Of a stretch of 58,342 bases of DNA, positions 48,590-58,342 are shown piece after piece. The translations under genes and the position numbers were made by a program. This stretch comes from Bacteroidota bacterium. Lineage in GTDB: Bacteria > Bacteroidota > Bacteroidia > NS11-12g > UBA955. The notes under the pieces were generated by a model, which saw nothing but the letters and a program-made list of their open reading frames with translations, ran no database searches and was not told the DNA's origin. Within the stretch, counting starts at the first letter, position 1. Each line of letters starts with the position of its first letter. The stretch covers positions 1 through 58,342 of the forward strand of contig VGGQ01000003.1 in NCBI GenBank assembly GCA_016868535.1, given 5' to 3'.

Positions 48590-50125
48590 TTATTCGTATT
48601 TACCCTCAGAAACACAAATCCCTTTTTCCAGTTTAATAAACCGATGACACAGGTATTTCGCTGCCGCAAGATTATGGGTTATGAACAAATATATGACACC
48701 AGTTTGTTCCTGAATAGATTTTAGCAGATCAAGAATTTGCTTTTGCACCAGTGGATCAAGCGCTGCCACTGCTTCATCGAGCACCAAAACTTTAGGATTG
48801 CCTGCCAAGGCTCGGGCAATACAAAGTCGCTGCCGTTGCCCACCGCTTAACTGGTGCGGAAACCGGTTTAAAAGACTTTCATCAAGTCCTACCTGTCTTA
48901 ATAATCCAACAACACTGTTATCGCCAGTTATACCATTTACATCATTCAATCTCAGAACCTCCATGAGGGTTTCGCGATTGCTGATTTCCGTATTGAGTGA
49001 TGAAAAAGGATCCTGAAAAACCATTTGGACGCCGGTCGGCCTTTTTTCAAGAAGAGATTGCCCGTTGAAAGTTACACTTCCGTCCTCAGCAGCTTCAAGG
49101 CCGGTAATAATTTTTGCCAGCGTGGTTTTTCCGGAACCGGAAAAACCAAGTATAGCAATACTCTCACCTTTCTTGAGGGTAAATGAAATGTTTTTCAATG
49201 CCCGTAACTCATTTTTCCCCTGCCGGTATGTCTTTTGAAGTTTTTCGGCAATAAAAACCTCAGGTGCCTGGGGCAATGTGTTTCTTTTGCCCATAGGCAA
49301 AGCATCGGTAAGGGCTTTTACGTAAGGATGCATGCTCTCTGCGACAAACACATCTTCCGACTTACCGGAAACCAACACCTGCCCATGCTTCATAACGGTT
49401 ATATGACCGCAATGTTTTTTTACCATTGGCAAATCATGGCTAACCAAAATAAGACTACTGCCAATACTATGACAAACTTGCACCAGGGTTTCCAACACTT
49501 TTTCGGCTGTTTCGGGATCCAAAGCCGTTGTGGGTTCATCTGCCAGCACCAGTGTGGGCTTGTGAATGGTTGCCATGGCAATCATTACACGCTGCCGTTG
49601 TCCGCCGCTAATTTGATGCGGATACGCATTAAAAATTCTTTCAGGCTGTTCAATACCAACATCAGCAAGGGCTTTCAGGTATATCTCCTTCCCTTTTACC
49701 TTATCTGTTTTTTGATGAACTTCCAGCGCTTCCATTAATTGCCAGCCGCATTTCCTTTGGGGATTTAGTGCACTAAGCGGCTCCTGAAAAACCATACCTA
49801 TAGATTTTCCTCTGAGTTTTCTCAGCGTTTCCGGATTAGCCTGAAGCAGGGAGATTGAATCGGGTTCTCCTCCGAATGAAATACTACCTGATAGCTTGAG
49901 TTCTTTGGGCAACAAACCTATTACCGAAAGTAAAAATAACGATTTTCCACTACCACTCTCTCCAATAATACCATAGGTCTTACCCTTTTCAATTTGCAAA
50001 TCCGGGATGGATGACAACACCTTTTCACCGCAGTAAATGGACAGAGACTGAATATGGAGTATGGGATTATCCAATAATTTCAAAACAACAATAAAGCGAG
50101 AAAACAACCACCGAAAATTACCCAC
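48590..50125 (-). CDS. Duplicated-ATPase ABC protein (peptide/nickel-type, YejF-like); start uncertain
   Basis: Two Walker A motifs (GESGSGKS, GFSGSGKT) and two signatures (ISGGQRQR, LSGGQRQR). No adjacent permease. Confidence 0.85.
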   Translation of the reverse strand: MGNFRWLFSRFIVVLKLLDNPILHIQSLSIYCGEKVLSSIPDLQIEKGKTYGIIGESGSGKSLFLLSVIGLLPKELKLSGSISFGGEPDSISLLQANPETLRKLRGKSIGMVFQEPLSALNPQRKCGWQLMEALEVHQKTDKVKGKEIYLKALADVGIEQPERIFNAYPHQISGGQRQRVMIAMATIHKPTLVLADEPTTALDPETAEKVLETLVQVCHSIGSSLILVSHDLPMVKKHCGHITVMKHGQVLVSGKSEDVFVAESMHPYVKALTDALPMGKRNTLPQAPEVFIAEKLQKTYRQGKNELRALKNISFTLKKGESIAILGFSGSGKTTLAKIITGLEAAEDGSVTFNGQSLLEKRPTGVQMVFQDPFSSLNTEISNRETLMEVLRLNDVNGITGDNSVVGLLRQVGLDESLLNRFPHQLSGGQRQRLCIARALAGNPKVLVLDEAVAALDPLVQKQILDLLKSIQEQTGVIYLFITHNLAAAKYLCHRFIKLEKGICVSEGKYE

Positions 50126-50130
50126 AAAAG

Positions 50131-50155
50131 AAAAGCCCCGTTCCCGGGGCTTTTT
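50131..50155 (-). terminator. Rho-independent terminator after tonB
   Basis: AAAAGCCCCG-ttcc-CGGGGCTTTT, a 6-bp GC stem with flanking A/T runs on both strands. Confidence 0.7.
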
Positions 50156-50161
50156 ACAAGT

Positions 50162-50968
50162 TTATTGCAGCGTCAATCGTATCGGCAGTGTTCTCCACGC
50201 TGTGGTAAACTTACCATTATTCTGCGCAGGAATCCATGGTGGGCATTTCTGCAGAACACGGATAGCTTCCTTATCATATTCAGGGCAACCGGGTGTTGGC
50301 TGCACAATCTGAATTCTGGAAATGCGACCGTTTATGTCAACAACGAATTTAAGTAGAACATAACCTTCAATTGCTTCATCGCGGCAGCGTTCCGGATATT
50401 CAAAATTTTGTCTAATATAGTTCCTGAATGCCTCATCTCCCCCTGGGTATTTGGCTTCAATCTGCACTTTATCTGCAGGACCTGAAGGACCTTCAAAAGG
50501 ACTGCCCGTTTCTGGTGAACCATCAAACGGGTCATCCGAGCCTTGCTGGGTTTTGGTACTTGCATTGGTAATACTTGAAACGGGTGGTGTTTCAAATTCC
50601 TCTGTAGTATTTTCATTAATTACCGGAGCAACATATGCCTGCGTGGCAATGGGTTCCGGTTCTTCCAACTTGGGTGGCTCTTTGGGTTTTTCCTCTTCTT
50701 CTTCCGGTGGCTTCACATCTTCTAGATTGGTAATTACAATTTTGATTTTATTGCCATCTTCTTTTCCCCCGATTTTCTCCAAAATTAATGGAATGGAAGC
50801 TACCAGCAATGCAGCAGAGCAGGCAATGGCCGTGGCAATAACCTTGGATTTGCGGTAAATACTTCGGATATAAAAGGCACCATAATCTTTAAAGCGGCCT
50901 TCAAAAACCATGGCAAGGCGGTCTGCCGACTCGGGCTGATCCCATGCGTTAAAAATGTCGTTTGCCAT
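50162..50968 (-). CDS. tonB: Energy transducer TonB
   Basis: N-terminal TM anchor. Pro/Glu linker KPPEEEEEKPKEPPKLEEPEP. C-terminal TonB_C (YPERCRDEAIEGYVLLKFVVDINGRI). Confidence 0.8.
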   Translation of the reverse strand: MANDIFNAWDQPESADRLAMVFEGRFKDYGAFYIRSIYRKSKVIATAIACSAALLVASIPLILEKIGGKEDGNKIKIVITNLEDVKPPEEEEEKPKEPPKLEEPEPIATQAYVAPVINENTTEEFETPPVSSITNASTKTQQGSDDPFDGSPETGSPFEGPSGPADKVQIEAKYPGGDEAFRNYIRQNFEYPERCRDEAIEGYVLLKFVVDINGRISRIQIVQPTPGCPEYDKEAIRVLQKCPPWIPAQNNGKFTTAWRTLPIRLTLQ

Positions 50969-50980
50969 ATCTCCTACTTG

Positions 50981-51616
50981 TTAATTACCTTGTTTTTTGA
51001 TTAAATCCTTCTCCAGTTTGGCCAAACCTTCATCGATTACAAAATATTTGGCAATCTGAGCAATCATAAATTCATCCATCACATCAATCATGTTGCGGTA
51101 TGTAGCACCCTCGTCGTTTTTCACAAGTACAATTTGCTTGGAAGCGGTTTGCACCTGCAGAACCTCATCATCCAGCTTTCTTTTTGCTGCAGTGTCTTTC
51201 TCATCGAGCTTGTTCAAACGCTCTTGAATATTCTGCAATTTCTCACGCAGATCTTTGTTATAATCGACCAAAACCTTTCTAAGTCCTGTGCGGGTATAGT
51301 CGATTGGTATAAGTTCTGTAGTAGGTTTCAAAGAACCTCTGTAATAATAAATTTTATCTTTGGCGGTAAGTAGAAGTGTGATACCATCCTTTACTGTCGG
51401 TGCTTTTATATCTTTGGTTTTTTCGTCCAGTTTCTCCGGAAAAATCATACGGAGTACTTTGGGTTTGCTGAATGTGGAGGTAAGCACAAAAAATGTTAGC
51501 AACAGAAAAGCAAGGTCTACCATGGGCGTCATGTCCACATGGGTACTCTGTTTTTTGGCTCTTTTTTTCCCGCCTTTGCCGTGGCCACCACCACCTGATT
51601 CTTGAATTTGTGCCAT
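50981..51616 (-). CDS. exbD: ExbD/TolR-family protein (long form)
   Basis: DMTPMVDLAFLLLTFFVLTSTF. Confidence 0.8.
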   Translation of the reverse strand: MAQIQESGGGGHGKGGKKRAKKQSTHVDMTPMVDLAFLLLTFFVLTSTFSKPKVLRMIFPEKLDEKTKDIKAPTVKDGITLLLTAKDKIYYYRGSLKPTTELIPIDYTRTGLRKVLVDYNKDLREKLQNIQERLNKLDEKDTAAKRKLDDEVLQVQTASKQIVLVKNDEGATYRNMIDVMDEFMIAQIAKYFVIDEGLAKLEKDLIKKQGN

Positions 51617-51631
51617 GTTTCTGCTCCTTTC

Positions 51632-52303
51632 TTATTTGAAAGATGGTTCTGCTTCAAGGCCAGTTATCATCTGGAATTGTTTAACCTTTGCGTCTCTGAA
51701 AACCTGAATCACATTCTTTACCGCATCGTACTTGGCATTAGCAGCAGCCTTTACAGAAAACTGAATGTAATTGGATTTGTCAAAGGGAAACTTGCGGGTT
51801 TTTGCTTCTTCTTCACGCGCTTTGAAATCAGCATGCGCCTCCAAACGAGCGTAATAAGCCCACCAGTACAATTCGCTTTTTCCCCCGGTTGTGTCATAAG
51901 GCACACCGGTCTGATTTACCTTGGTCCTTTCATTGGCTCCCAATTCCAGATATTGGGGTATTTCCGATATTTTTAGACCAATTGCACCTGATCCGGCAAA
52001 TTTTTTCACCGTGAGCGAATCGACCTTAATACCAGACCGATTGCAAACCTTTTCAAAAACCCTTGATTTAACAGCAGCGTTTGTCAGGTCTATAAATGCC
52101 CTTCCCTGGTTATCCACCGTAATCATGAATACCTGTTTGGGTATTTCGGTTTTTGTGGTACTGGTTGGTGGATCAACCACCACTGGCTCCGGGGATTTGA
52201 AACTGGAAGTGAGCATGAAAAATGTTACCAGCAGAAACGCCAAATCTACCATGGGCGTCATGTCCAGTATTGGATTCGAGCGGGGCATTTTCACCTTTGG
52301 CAT
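51632..52303 (-). CDS. exbD: ExbD/TolR-family protein
   Basis: DMTPMVDLAFLLVTFFMLTSSF. Confidence 0.8.
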   Translation of the reverse strand: MPKVKMPRSNPILDMTPMVDLAFLLVTFFMLTSSFKSPEPVVVDPPTSTTKTEIPKQVFMITVDNQGRAFIDLTNAAVKSRVFEKVCNRSGIKVDSLTVKKFAGSGAIGLKISEIPQYLELGANERTKVNQTGVPYDTTGGKSELYWWAYYARLEAHADFKAREEEAKTRKFPFDKSNYIQFSVKAAANAKYDAVKNVIQVFRDAKVKQFQMITGLEAEPSFK

Positions 52304-52351
52304 TGTGCTGTTTTTATCTTAATACGATAAGTGAATAAAATGTAAACGGCA

Positions 52352-53164
52352 TTATACATGATTGGCATTGAACTCAGATACAATGCTGTATCCGGCTTCG
52401 TCCATGCTATAGGTCATGCTGTCGATACGGTTTGTAAAGTAATTATAGAAAATAATAGCCAGGGTAGATGCTATAATACCAAATGCAGTATTTACAAGTG
52501 CCTCAGAGATACCGGTCGCGAGCGCAGCAGTATCAGGAGCACCGGTATTTGCAAGTGCTCCAAACGCACGTATCATACCGAATACGGTACCAATCAGACC
52601 AATCAATGTTCCAATAGAGGCACAGGTAGAGATGATAACCAGATTGCGAGAAAGCATTGGAAGTTCTAATCCTGTGGCTTCCTCCAGTTCTTTTTCAATG
52701 GCTGCTTTTTTCTCGTCTTTGCTGAGTTTGATGTCTTTGGTTACCATTTGATAACGTATCAGGCCGCTGCGAACTACATTGGCTAAAGAACCTTTTTGTT
52801 CGTCGCAGGCTGCAATTGCCTCGTTAAACTGGCTCCTACCAAGCATCTGGCGAATACCAACAATAAAGAAAGCTGCATTTCCTTTGCCCGAAGCGGCGGT
52901 AAGGGTAATAAATCTTTCTACCACTACCAGAATTACGGTAATGTTTACGGCAATTAGCAAAGGCACGATAAATCCACCGCGGTGAATAATACCCAGAATA
53001 TTTTTGGGGTGTCCTTTTACGATATCGTCGTTTTCAAAGTTGGAGGCATTACCCATTACAAACATGTAGATGAGAACGCCAACCAGAAGCGCAAAAACGA
53101 TTGCGCCGCCTGCAAACCAGCCCATGAGGGCACTGTTACCTGATGATTTTTCTGTGTTATTCAT
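52352..53164 (-). CDS. exbB: MotA/TolQ/ExbB proton-channel protein
   Basis: GTLIGLIGTVFGMIRAF...ISEALVNTAFGI. Confidence 0.85.
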   Translation of the reverse strand: MNNTEKSSGNSALMGWFAGGAIVFALLVGVLIYMFVMGNASNFENDDIVKGHPKNILGIIHRGGFIVPLLIAVNITVILVVVERFITLTAASGKGNAAFFIVGIRQMLGRSQFNEAIAACDEQKGSLANVVRSGLIRYQMVTKDIKLSKDEKKAAIEKELEEATGLELPMLSRNLVIISTCASIGTLIGLIGTVFGMIRAFGALANTGAPDTAALATGISEALVNTAFGIIASTLAIIFYNYFTNRIDSMTYSMDEAGYSIVSEFNANHV

Positions 53165-53302
53165 ACGGATATTGTTGTTTTTCTAATAAAGGTGCAATAT
53201 TACTCACACGGGGCGTTAATTGCAAATGTCCTTGTTGTTAAGAATTTCAGCACAATCCACTAACGCAGACAATTGAAATTTAATATCAGATCTTTGCCAT
53301 TC

Positions 53303-53452
53303 TTAGGATTTGCCTCTCCGCATCCTGCATTTATCGCTGCAATATTTTACCTCATCCCAGTTTTTCTCCCATTTCTTGCGCCATTCAAAAGGCCTTTGGC
53401 AGACCATGCAGATTTTGGGGGTAATACGTTTTTTGAGGGGCAATTTGGCCAT
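53303..53452 (-). CDS. DUF2256-family zinc-ribbon micro-protein (49 aa), not in the ORF track
   Basis: Hand translation: [49 protein letters not shown]. The ATG directly abuts the TAA of the upstream giant gene (TAAATG). Confidence 0.7.
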   Translation of the reverse strand: MAKLPLKKRITPKICMVCQRPFEWRKKWEKNWDEVKYCSDKCRMRRGKS

Positions 53453-56400
53453 TTAATGAATTACGGTAACGGTGCCTTTGGTTTTGTAGGTTTTGCTGTC
53501 CCATCCGTCAAATATCACATACCATGCATATACTCCATCAGGAGCGGTTTTGCCATTTATTTTACCATCCCATTGCAGTTTTTTGTCAGAGCTTTCCCAG
53601 ATTTTTCCTCCCCATCGGTCGTAAACACGCATTTGATAATTTTTCACAAAAACAGGAACCGTTCCCCACACGTCATTAATCCGGTCTTCGTTTTCAGTAA
53701 AAGCATTGGGAACCCATAATTCCGGAGGCTGATACAGATATATCCAGTTACTTTGGCTGGAGTAGGGTTTTTTGTTGGCCGATGCGGCAAACTCATGGGC
53801 TGTAACCCTGTACCAGTATCCTCCCCAGTCATAATCCAGGTTGGCATCCCGTGCTTGTCTGTTTTTTACATTAGAAGAAATCTCAGTCCACGGATTGGAT
53901 GCATATTGTCGTTCCACCGTCCAGTAATCAACTGCGCCGGCCCATGTCAAATAGTCCTGCCAGGACAAATCAAAGTAATATTGCGGTCTGCCTGTGGCCG
54001 TTCCGGAAAGCACAATATTGCAGGCTTCTCCCCCGGGTTTGCTTGTATGACCGCATTTGTCTACCACAACTACAGTGTAGCAATAAGATTCATTATCAAC
54101 ATTGAAAGAGGCATCATTGATGAGTGTATCGGAGGTAACCACAAACGGCGTTTTACCTTTGCTGCCGCCTCTTGGATAGCGGTAAATTTCGTATTCCTTG
54201 AAATCGGGTTCTTTGCTGGGTTCCCATTCCGCCCGAACGGTTTTGTCAAAATCAACGGTGGCAAACTTCATGGGCGTTGATGCAATTGGCGTGTTAAGTT
54301 CGGAAACCGTACAAAAAGGAAACGTGCTCTGCACAAGCTCGTTGCAGATATTATAGCCTTTTAGCCGGTAGCAATAATTGTTGTTTGACGGATCTACGGT
54401 TGTGATATCAGTGTATTCGCCGGCATTGAAATTGCGGATTGTATCGAGGATAATGACCGAATTGTCTGGATTGGTTCTTTCCAACAAAATGTATTTAAAA
54501 AACGCTGCGGGCTGCGTGGTGGCTTTCCACGATACTTTTATTATGCCGGTGGCTCTGTCCAGACTCACGCAAATAGCATCCGGCGGTATCACTTTTGGCA
54601 GCGGTGTAACCAAAATCCTGATAGTAGCCCATGCTGTATCCGCTTTGGGACAACCACGGTCAAAAACCATCACCCTGAAAACGACTGTATCAGACGAAAG
54701 GCTGCCGCAGGTGGTATTCCATTTCACGGCAATGCGTGCACTGCCAATGCCAGGTGTTATTGTTATTAAAGCTGTATCAGAGCCTTTCATGCCTCCGTTT
54801 TTGAGTCTGAGAGCCTTTAACATAAGGGTATCAAATGGGTCGGGGTCTATGGCCTTGAGTGTGAATTGTATGGGCTGGGTTGCAATTACCTCAACAAAAG
54901 TGTCCTTCATAAACGGCTTTTTATTCAAGTTTTCAAAGTCGATTTTAAAGATTGCATTGTTGCAGTTGTTGCTGTTCATGGTTCGGCTGTAGGCACCCGG
55001 CGTAGTGGGAAATAACCCATTGCGGCCACAACCTGCGCACACAGACTGGTAGATTATCCCTTTTTTGTCAAAACGGCTGGTACCGCCATCCACATGTTCT
55101 TCGGCATCTTTTCCCGCACCCGATATACCTCCAAAGTAAGTTGCATAGGCCATCCCGTTCATATTTTTGCTGAATACTGCCACATAGAAATCGCTGCCAT
55201 CGGTGACTCTTTGCGCAGCATCAGAAGAGATGTGGAGATTCCGCGTTGTTCCGGTATTTCGGTGCGCTTTGGGAGAGCCTGTCTTATTGTCAGTCAGATA
55301 ATCATTGGTAGAACCTCCCCAGCCTGAAACAAAAATCCTTTCACACCGGTCCACTAAAAAGGCCGTGGGGCTGATGTTGGGCTGGTTAGTATTGGCGCCA
55401 AATGTTGTACTAAGAGTCAAACTATTGAGTCCGGTATCATAGCGAACAATGAATTGCCCTTTTTCAGGCTGGTTATAAATAGCATTGATGATGGGGAAAA
55501 CACCTTCTGTTTGTCCGAAGAAATAAGGATTGCCTGAATTATCTGTCTGTGAAAAATAGGCCTGTTCATAAAGCGCAGTACCCACATGGGTTGCTGCCAT
55601 TGCCTTTCCTGTATTTTTATCGAAACGAAATGCAACGCCGTCTGCGATGCCTCCCTGATAATTCTTTTTAAATATCCCGGGGAATTTTGAAGGAAGATCC
55701 TGACTGCTGCTGCCCCCGGAGGTATACAAATCACCGTGTTTACCAAGCGCTACACCATAAAAAGCATCATATTCGGTGCTTCCCACCAGCTGCGACCATT
55801 TGAGCTCGGTTAGCGTATTGTCCATCGCAAAAAGTACGGCATCTTCCTTACCGCCAAACCGAGCGCTGTTGGAAGAACGAGGAAAATCTGTGCTGTATGT
55901 AAATCCGGCAACAAATACCTGTGTATCGTCGGTTATAATTTCCCCCCTAAATTCATCTGCGTAGTTGTATAACAGCGGATAATCATCGATGGGATCCGCG
56001 GCGCGGTTTGCTCCTACAACATCCATACCAGTTCCGCCCAGGAATGAGGAAGCCAGCAGTTTACTTCCGTCGCTGCTGATTTTGGATACAAAAAAGTCGT
56101 AATCTCCTCGGTGGGTGTACTGATAAGCTCCGAAAGTAATAGGAAATGTGCGGCTTTTGGTACTACCCATGATATACAGGTTGCCAAACCGGTCTACCAC
56201 CATGCTGTGTGGCTGCTCATTGTTTTCCCCGCCCAGGTACGTACAATAAAGGAGTGTGCTTCCATTCGGGGAAAATTTCAGGATTGCCGCATCCCGGGCA
56301 CCACCATATCCGAGGCTTTCGCTCTGACCACCGCCAAATCTTGTTTGATAGGCACCCGGCGTGGTCGGCAAACCGCCATTGAAAACAGTTCCGCCGGCGT

Positions 56401-57199
56401 AGGCATTCCCCAAATCGTCGTAGGTTCCTGAACATCCAAAATTATCGGCGCGTGAGCCGCTAAACGTGCTGAAAACCAACACCGGATCAATAATAGTTTT
56501 TGTTCTGCGTCTTTTAACTAGCCCGGTTTTTACCTCCACCCCTATATATCCTTCCTCTGATAAGTACTGAGCCTGCAAATCCGTTTCCCCATCTTTGCTT
56601 GATGCGAAAACACGGGGAAGTTGTTCAGCGAATACCCCCAATACAGTCTTTATTTCCAGGTTATCAGATTGAACCTTTACTCCGCTTGCACCCTCATACC
56701 TCCAGCGCACCTGATTGATTTTGCCGGGGTCGTTGCAAATGATATTGTATTTGACGCGCCCCTGAAATTCCATGATTTCAAGGTCAACGCCCGGATATAG
56801 CTCTTTTACAAATACAACAGCATAGGCCCGTGCGGGCTGAGATTGTCTTTCTACATTACCATAAAAATAGTTGTATTTTTCCGGGAACGCCTCTCCTTTT
56901 CCTGAAGTTTTTCGAAAACAGCCTCCTTTAAATTTCAAGAGTAATATATGGCCATTAACCACAAATTCATCGGTATTTCTGGCGTGTATCTTTTCGGATG
57001 CTGCAGGATCCCAACTGTTTATCCATATACCGGAATCCGACACCCATAAATCGGCACTGCTAAGGGATGCTTTAAAATGATAGTCAGGTGGCCACTGTCC
57101 GGAATTTTCAACAAACTTAAGCTGTCCTTTCAGGGGAATAGTCGTCAGTCCGCAGGCAAAGACGCACAAGTATGCAAATATTTTTTTGCCAAACCCCAT
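53453..57199 (-). CDS. Giant SBBP (beta-propeller) repeat surface protein with T9SS type B sorting domain
   Basis: Signal peptide MGFGKKIFAYLCVFACG. Repeated G.TxSxDFP blocks (VAGFTYSTDFP, IMGSTKSRTFP). C-terminal VPNAFTENEDRINDVW...VYDRWGGKIWES...GVYAWYV. Confidence 0.8.
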   Translation of the reverse strand: MGFGKKIFAYLCVFACGLTTIPLKGQLKFVENSGQWPPDYHFKASLSSADLWVSDSGIWINSWDPAASEKIHARNTDEFVVNGHILLLKFKGGCFRKTSGKGEAFPEKYNYFYGNVERQSQPARAYAVVFVKELYPGVDLEIMEFQGRVKYNIICNDPGKINQVRWRYEGASGVKVQSDNLEIKTVLGVFAEQLPRVFASSKDGETDLQAQYLSEEGYIGVEVKTGLVKRRRTKTIIDPVLVFSTFSGSRADNFGCSGTYDDLGNAYAGGTVFNGGLPTTPGAYQTRFGGGQSESLGYGGARDAAILKFSPNGSTLLYCTYLGGENNEQPHSMVVDRFGNLYIMGSTKSRTFPITFGAYQYTHRGDYDFFVSKISSDGSKLLASSFLGGTGMDVVGANRAADPIDDYPLLYNYADEFRGEIITDDTQVFVAGFTYSTDFPRSSNSARFGGKEDAVLFAMDNTLTELKWSQLVGSTEYDAFYGVALGKHGDLYTSGGSSSQDLPSKFPGIFKKNYQGGIADGVAFRFDKNTGKAMAATHVGTALYEQAYFSQTDNSGNPYFFGQTEGVFPIINAIYNQPEKGQFIVRYDTGLNSLTLSTTFGANTNQPNISPTAFLVDRCERIFVSGWGGSTNDYLTDNKTGSPKAHRNTGTTRNLHISSDAAQRVTDGSDFYVAVFSKNMNGMAYATYFGGISGAGKDAEEHVDGGTSRFDKKGIIYQSVCAGCGRNGLFPTTPGAYSRTMNSNNCNNAIFKIDFENLNKKPFMKDTFVEVIATQPIQFTLKAIDPDPFDTLMLKALRLKNGGMKGSDTALITITPGIGSARIAVKWNTTCGSLSSDTVVFRVMVFDRGCPKADTAWATIRILVTPLPKVIPPDAICVSLDRATGIIKVSWKATTQPAAFFKYILLERTNPDNSVIILDTIRNFNAGEYTDITTVDPSNNNYCYRLKGYNICNELVQSTFPFCTVSELNTPIASTPMKFATVDFDKTVRAEWEPSKEPDFKEYEIYRYPRGGSKGKTPFVVTSDTLINDASFNVDNESYCYTVVVVDKCGHTSKPGGEACNIVLSGTATGRPQYYFDLSWQDYLTWAGAVDYWTVERQYASNPWTEISSNVKNRQARDANLDYDWGGYWYRVTAHEFAASANKKPYSSQSNWIYLYQPPELWVPNAFTENEDRINDVWGTVPVFVKNYQMRVYDRWGGKIWESSDKKLQWDGKINGKTAPDGVYAWYVIFDGWDSKTYKTKGTVTVIH

Positions 57200-57259
57200 G
57201 TGTTTGTTACAAATTTCGGACTTTTGCAACATCGTCACAAACTTTAAGACGTAAAAAGC

Positions 57260-58168
57260 ATGCGTATCGTTTTCTTTGGCTCCCCGGCATTTGCTGCATT
57301 TTCATTGTGTAAACTAATTGAAAAAGGTAAAAATGTTGTTGCGGTGATTACTACACCCGACAAACCAGCGGGACGTAGCATGCACATTCATCAAAGCGAA
57401 GTGAAGAAAACAGCCCTAAAACTTGGTCTGAAAGTATTACAGCCGGAAAAACTTAAATCGGAGAAATTTGTGACACAAATGCGACAGTTGGATGCGGATC
57501 TGGGAATTGTGATTGCATTTAGAATGCTTCCTGAAATTATCTGGAGTATGCCCAGACTAGGCACATTCAATCTACATGCCTCCCTTTTGCCCAATTATCG
57601 CGGTGCTGCACCTATAAACCATGCCATCATTCAGGGAGAGATAAAAACAGGTATAACCACTTTTTTTCTAAGGCATGAAATTGATACGGGTGATATCGTT
57701 TTACAGCAATCAGTTGATATAGATGCGGAAGACAATGCAGGCTCACTGCACGATAAGCTAATGAAGGCCGGAGCAGACCTGGTATTGCAAACCGTGAACA
57801 TGATTGAAACTGGAGAAACAGCAGGTCGTCCTCAGGAAATAACAGGCTATGAAAAACCTGCACCTAAGATTTTTCGGGAATTCTGCAGGCTTTCTGAACA
57901 AGAGACTGTTTTAAAAAACCATAATAAGGTAAGGGGCCTGAGTCCCTACCCCGCCGCCTGGATTGAAACCCCGGATGGACCTGTAAAAGTCTTTAAAACT
58001 AGACCCTTTGAGAATACAAGCATTTTAACCGGCGATAGCATTACAATACAAAAAGAACACTTGCTTTTTCGATGTAAGGACGGACTGCTTGAATTGCAAA
58101 GCATTCAACCTGCGGGAAAGGCATCCATGACAGCGCGTGATTTCATTAACGGTAAGAAAAACAAATAA
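57260..58168 (+). CDS. fmt: Methionyl-tRNA formyltransferase
   Basis: MRIVFFGSPAFA, TTPDKPAGR, NLHASLLPNYRGAAPINHAI. Confidence 0.92.
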   Translation: MRIVFFGSPAFAAFSLCKLIEKGKNVVAVITTPDKPAGRSMHIHQSEVKKTALKLGLKVLQPEKLKSEKFVTQMRQLDADLGIVIAFRMLPEIIWSMPRLGTFNLHASLLPNYRGAAPINHAIIQGEIKTGITTFFLRHEIDTGDIVLQQSVDIDAEDNAGSLHDKLMKAGADLVLQTVNMIETGETAGRPQEITGYEKPAPKIFREFCRLSEQETVLKNHNKVRGLSPYPAAWIETPDGPVKVFKTRPFENTSILTGDSITIQKEHLLFRCKDGLLELQSIQPAGKASMTARDFINGKKNK

Positions 58169-58298
58169 TTTTTTACCTGAAATTTGGTTTTGTCATTTTT
58201 TTGTTTGAACTTGCGGTTCACACTCATCTATAAAAACGCCTATTGTAATCAAGCTTTACTCCTTAAACCGCTTTATTAAGTCTAACACTAAACACAAA

Positions 58299-58304
58299 AG
58301 GAGG
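58299..58304 (+). promoter_or_regulatory. Shine-Dalgarno-like AGGAGG 5 nt upstream of an ATG
   Basis: aaAGGAGGaagccATG, read directly. Confidence 0.4.
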
Positions 58305-58309
58305 AAGCC

Positions 58310-58342
58310 ATGCAAAAACCCGCTATTTCAGACGGCGCGTTG
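58310..58342 (+). CDS. 5' end of an unidentified gene (MQKPAISDGAL...), truncated by the window edge
   Basis: ATG preceded by an SD-like motif. Only 11 codons are visible. Confidence 0.3.
   Translation, partial: MQKPAISDGAL

Noticed and set aside
53273-53719. 148-aa plus-strand ORF across the gap between exbB and the giant adhesin
   Set aside because: It lies antisense to both the DUF2256 micro-gene and the adhesin 3' end, both of which have recognisable conserved sequence. Its composition is hydrophobic and low-complexity.
1-58342. Search for CRISPR arrays, long tandem or interspersed repeats, rRNA genes, prophage genes and toxin-antitoxin or other defence gene pairs
   Set aside because: Reading through the intergenic regions (all under 300 bp once the relics are accounted for) showed no repeat-spacer periodicity and no gene pairs with defence-system hallmarks. 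The only RNA gene found is tRNA-Leu.

Overview
This window is a chromosomal segment that looks like Bacteroidota. Three things point there: type A and type B T9SS C-terminal sorting domains, TAnnTTTG -7 promoter motifs, and the conserved rpmB-rpmG-DUF4295-ftsY-rimO neighbourhood. All family assignments come from motif-level reading of the supplied translations; no searches or alignments were run.

Most of the window is housekeeping: uvrA, mutS, map, hppA, miaA, fmt, ftsY, L28/L33, folB, an acyl-CoA dehydrogenase and a phosphohexomutase. Envelope functions make up the rest:
- two TonB-dependent receptors
- an exbB-exbD-exbD-tonB operon
- an S8 protease and a 1,248-aa SBBP-repeat adhesin, both T9SS cargo
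- a GT2 plus GT-C/TPR glycosylation pair
- an O-/N-acyltransferase pair for N-acyl amino-acid lipids
- one tRNA-Leu(UAA)

I found no CRISPR array, transposase or phage genes.

Four observations stand out:
1. Gene decay is dense. Seven loci are disrupted: rimO, a tcdA-like remnant, bshC, an OmpA-like porin, a NAPE-PLD-like MBL hydrolase, a LuxR-type regulator and a T9SS lipoprotein. Two of them (rimO, tcdA-like) had part of the gene replaced by a gene for an exported protein.
2. A four-gene exported module at the left edge reads like a split version of the function-unknown planctomycete PSCyt/DUF1549/DUF1501 system. It is fused to a T9SS sorting domain and preceded by a C10 tract.
3. The membrane pyrophosphatase carries an 86-residue tail with 11 cysteines.
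4. Two conserved micro-ORFs (DUF4295, DUF2256) are missing from the ORF track.
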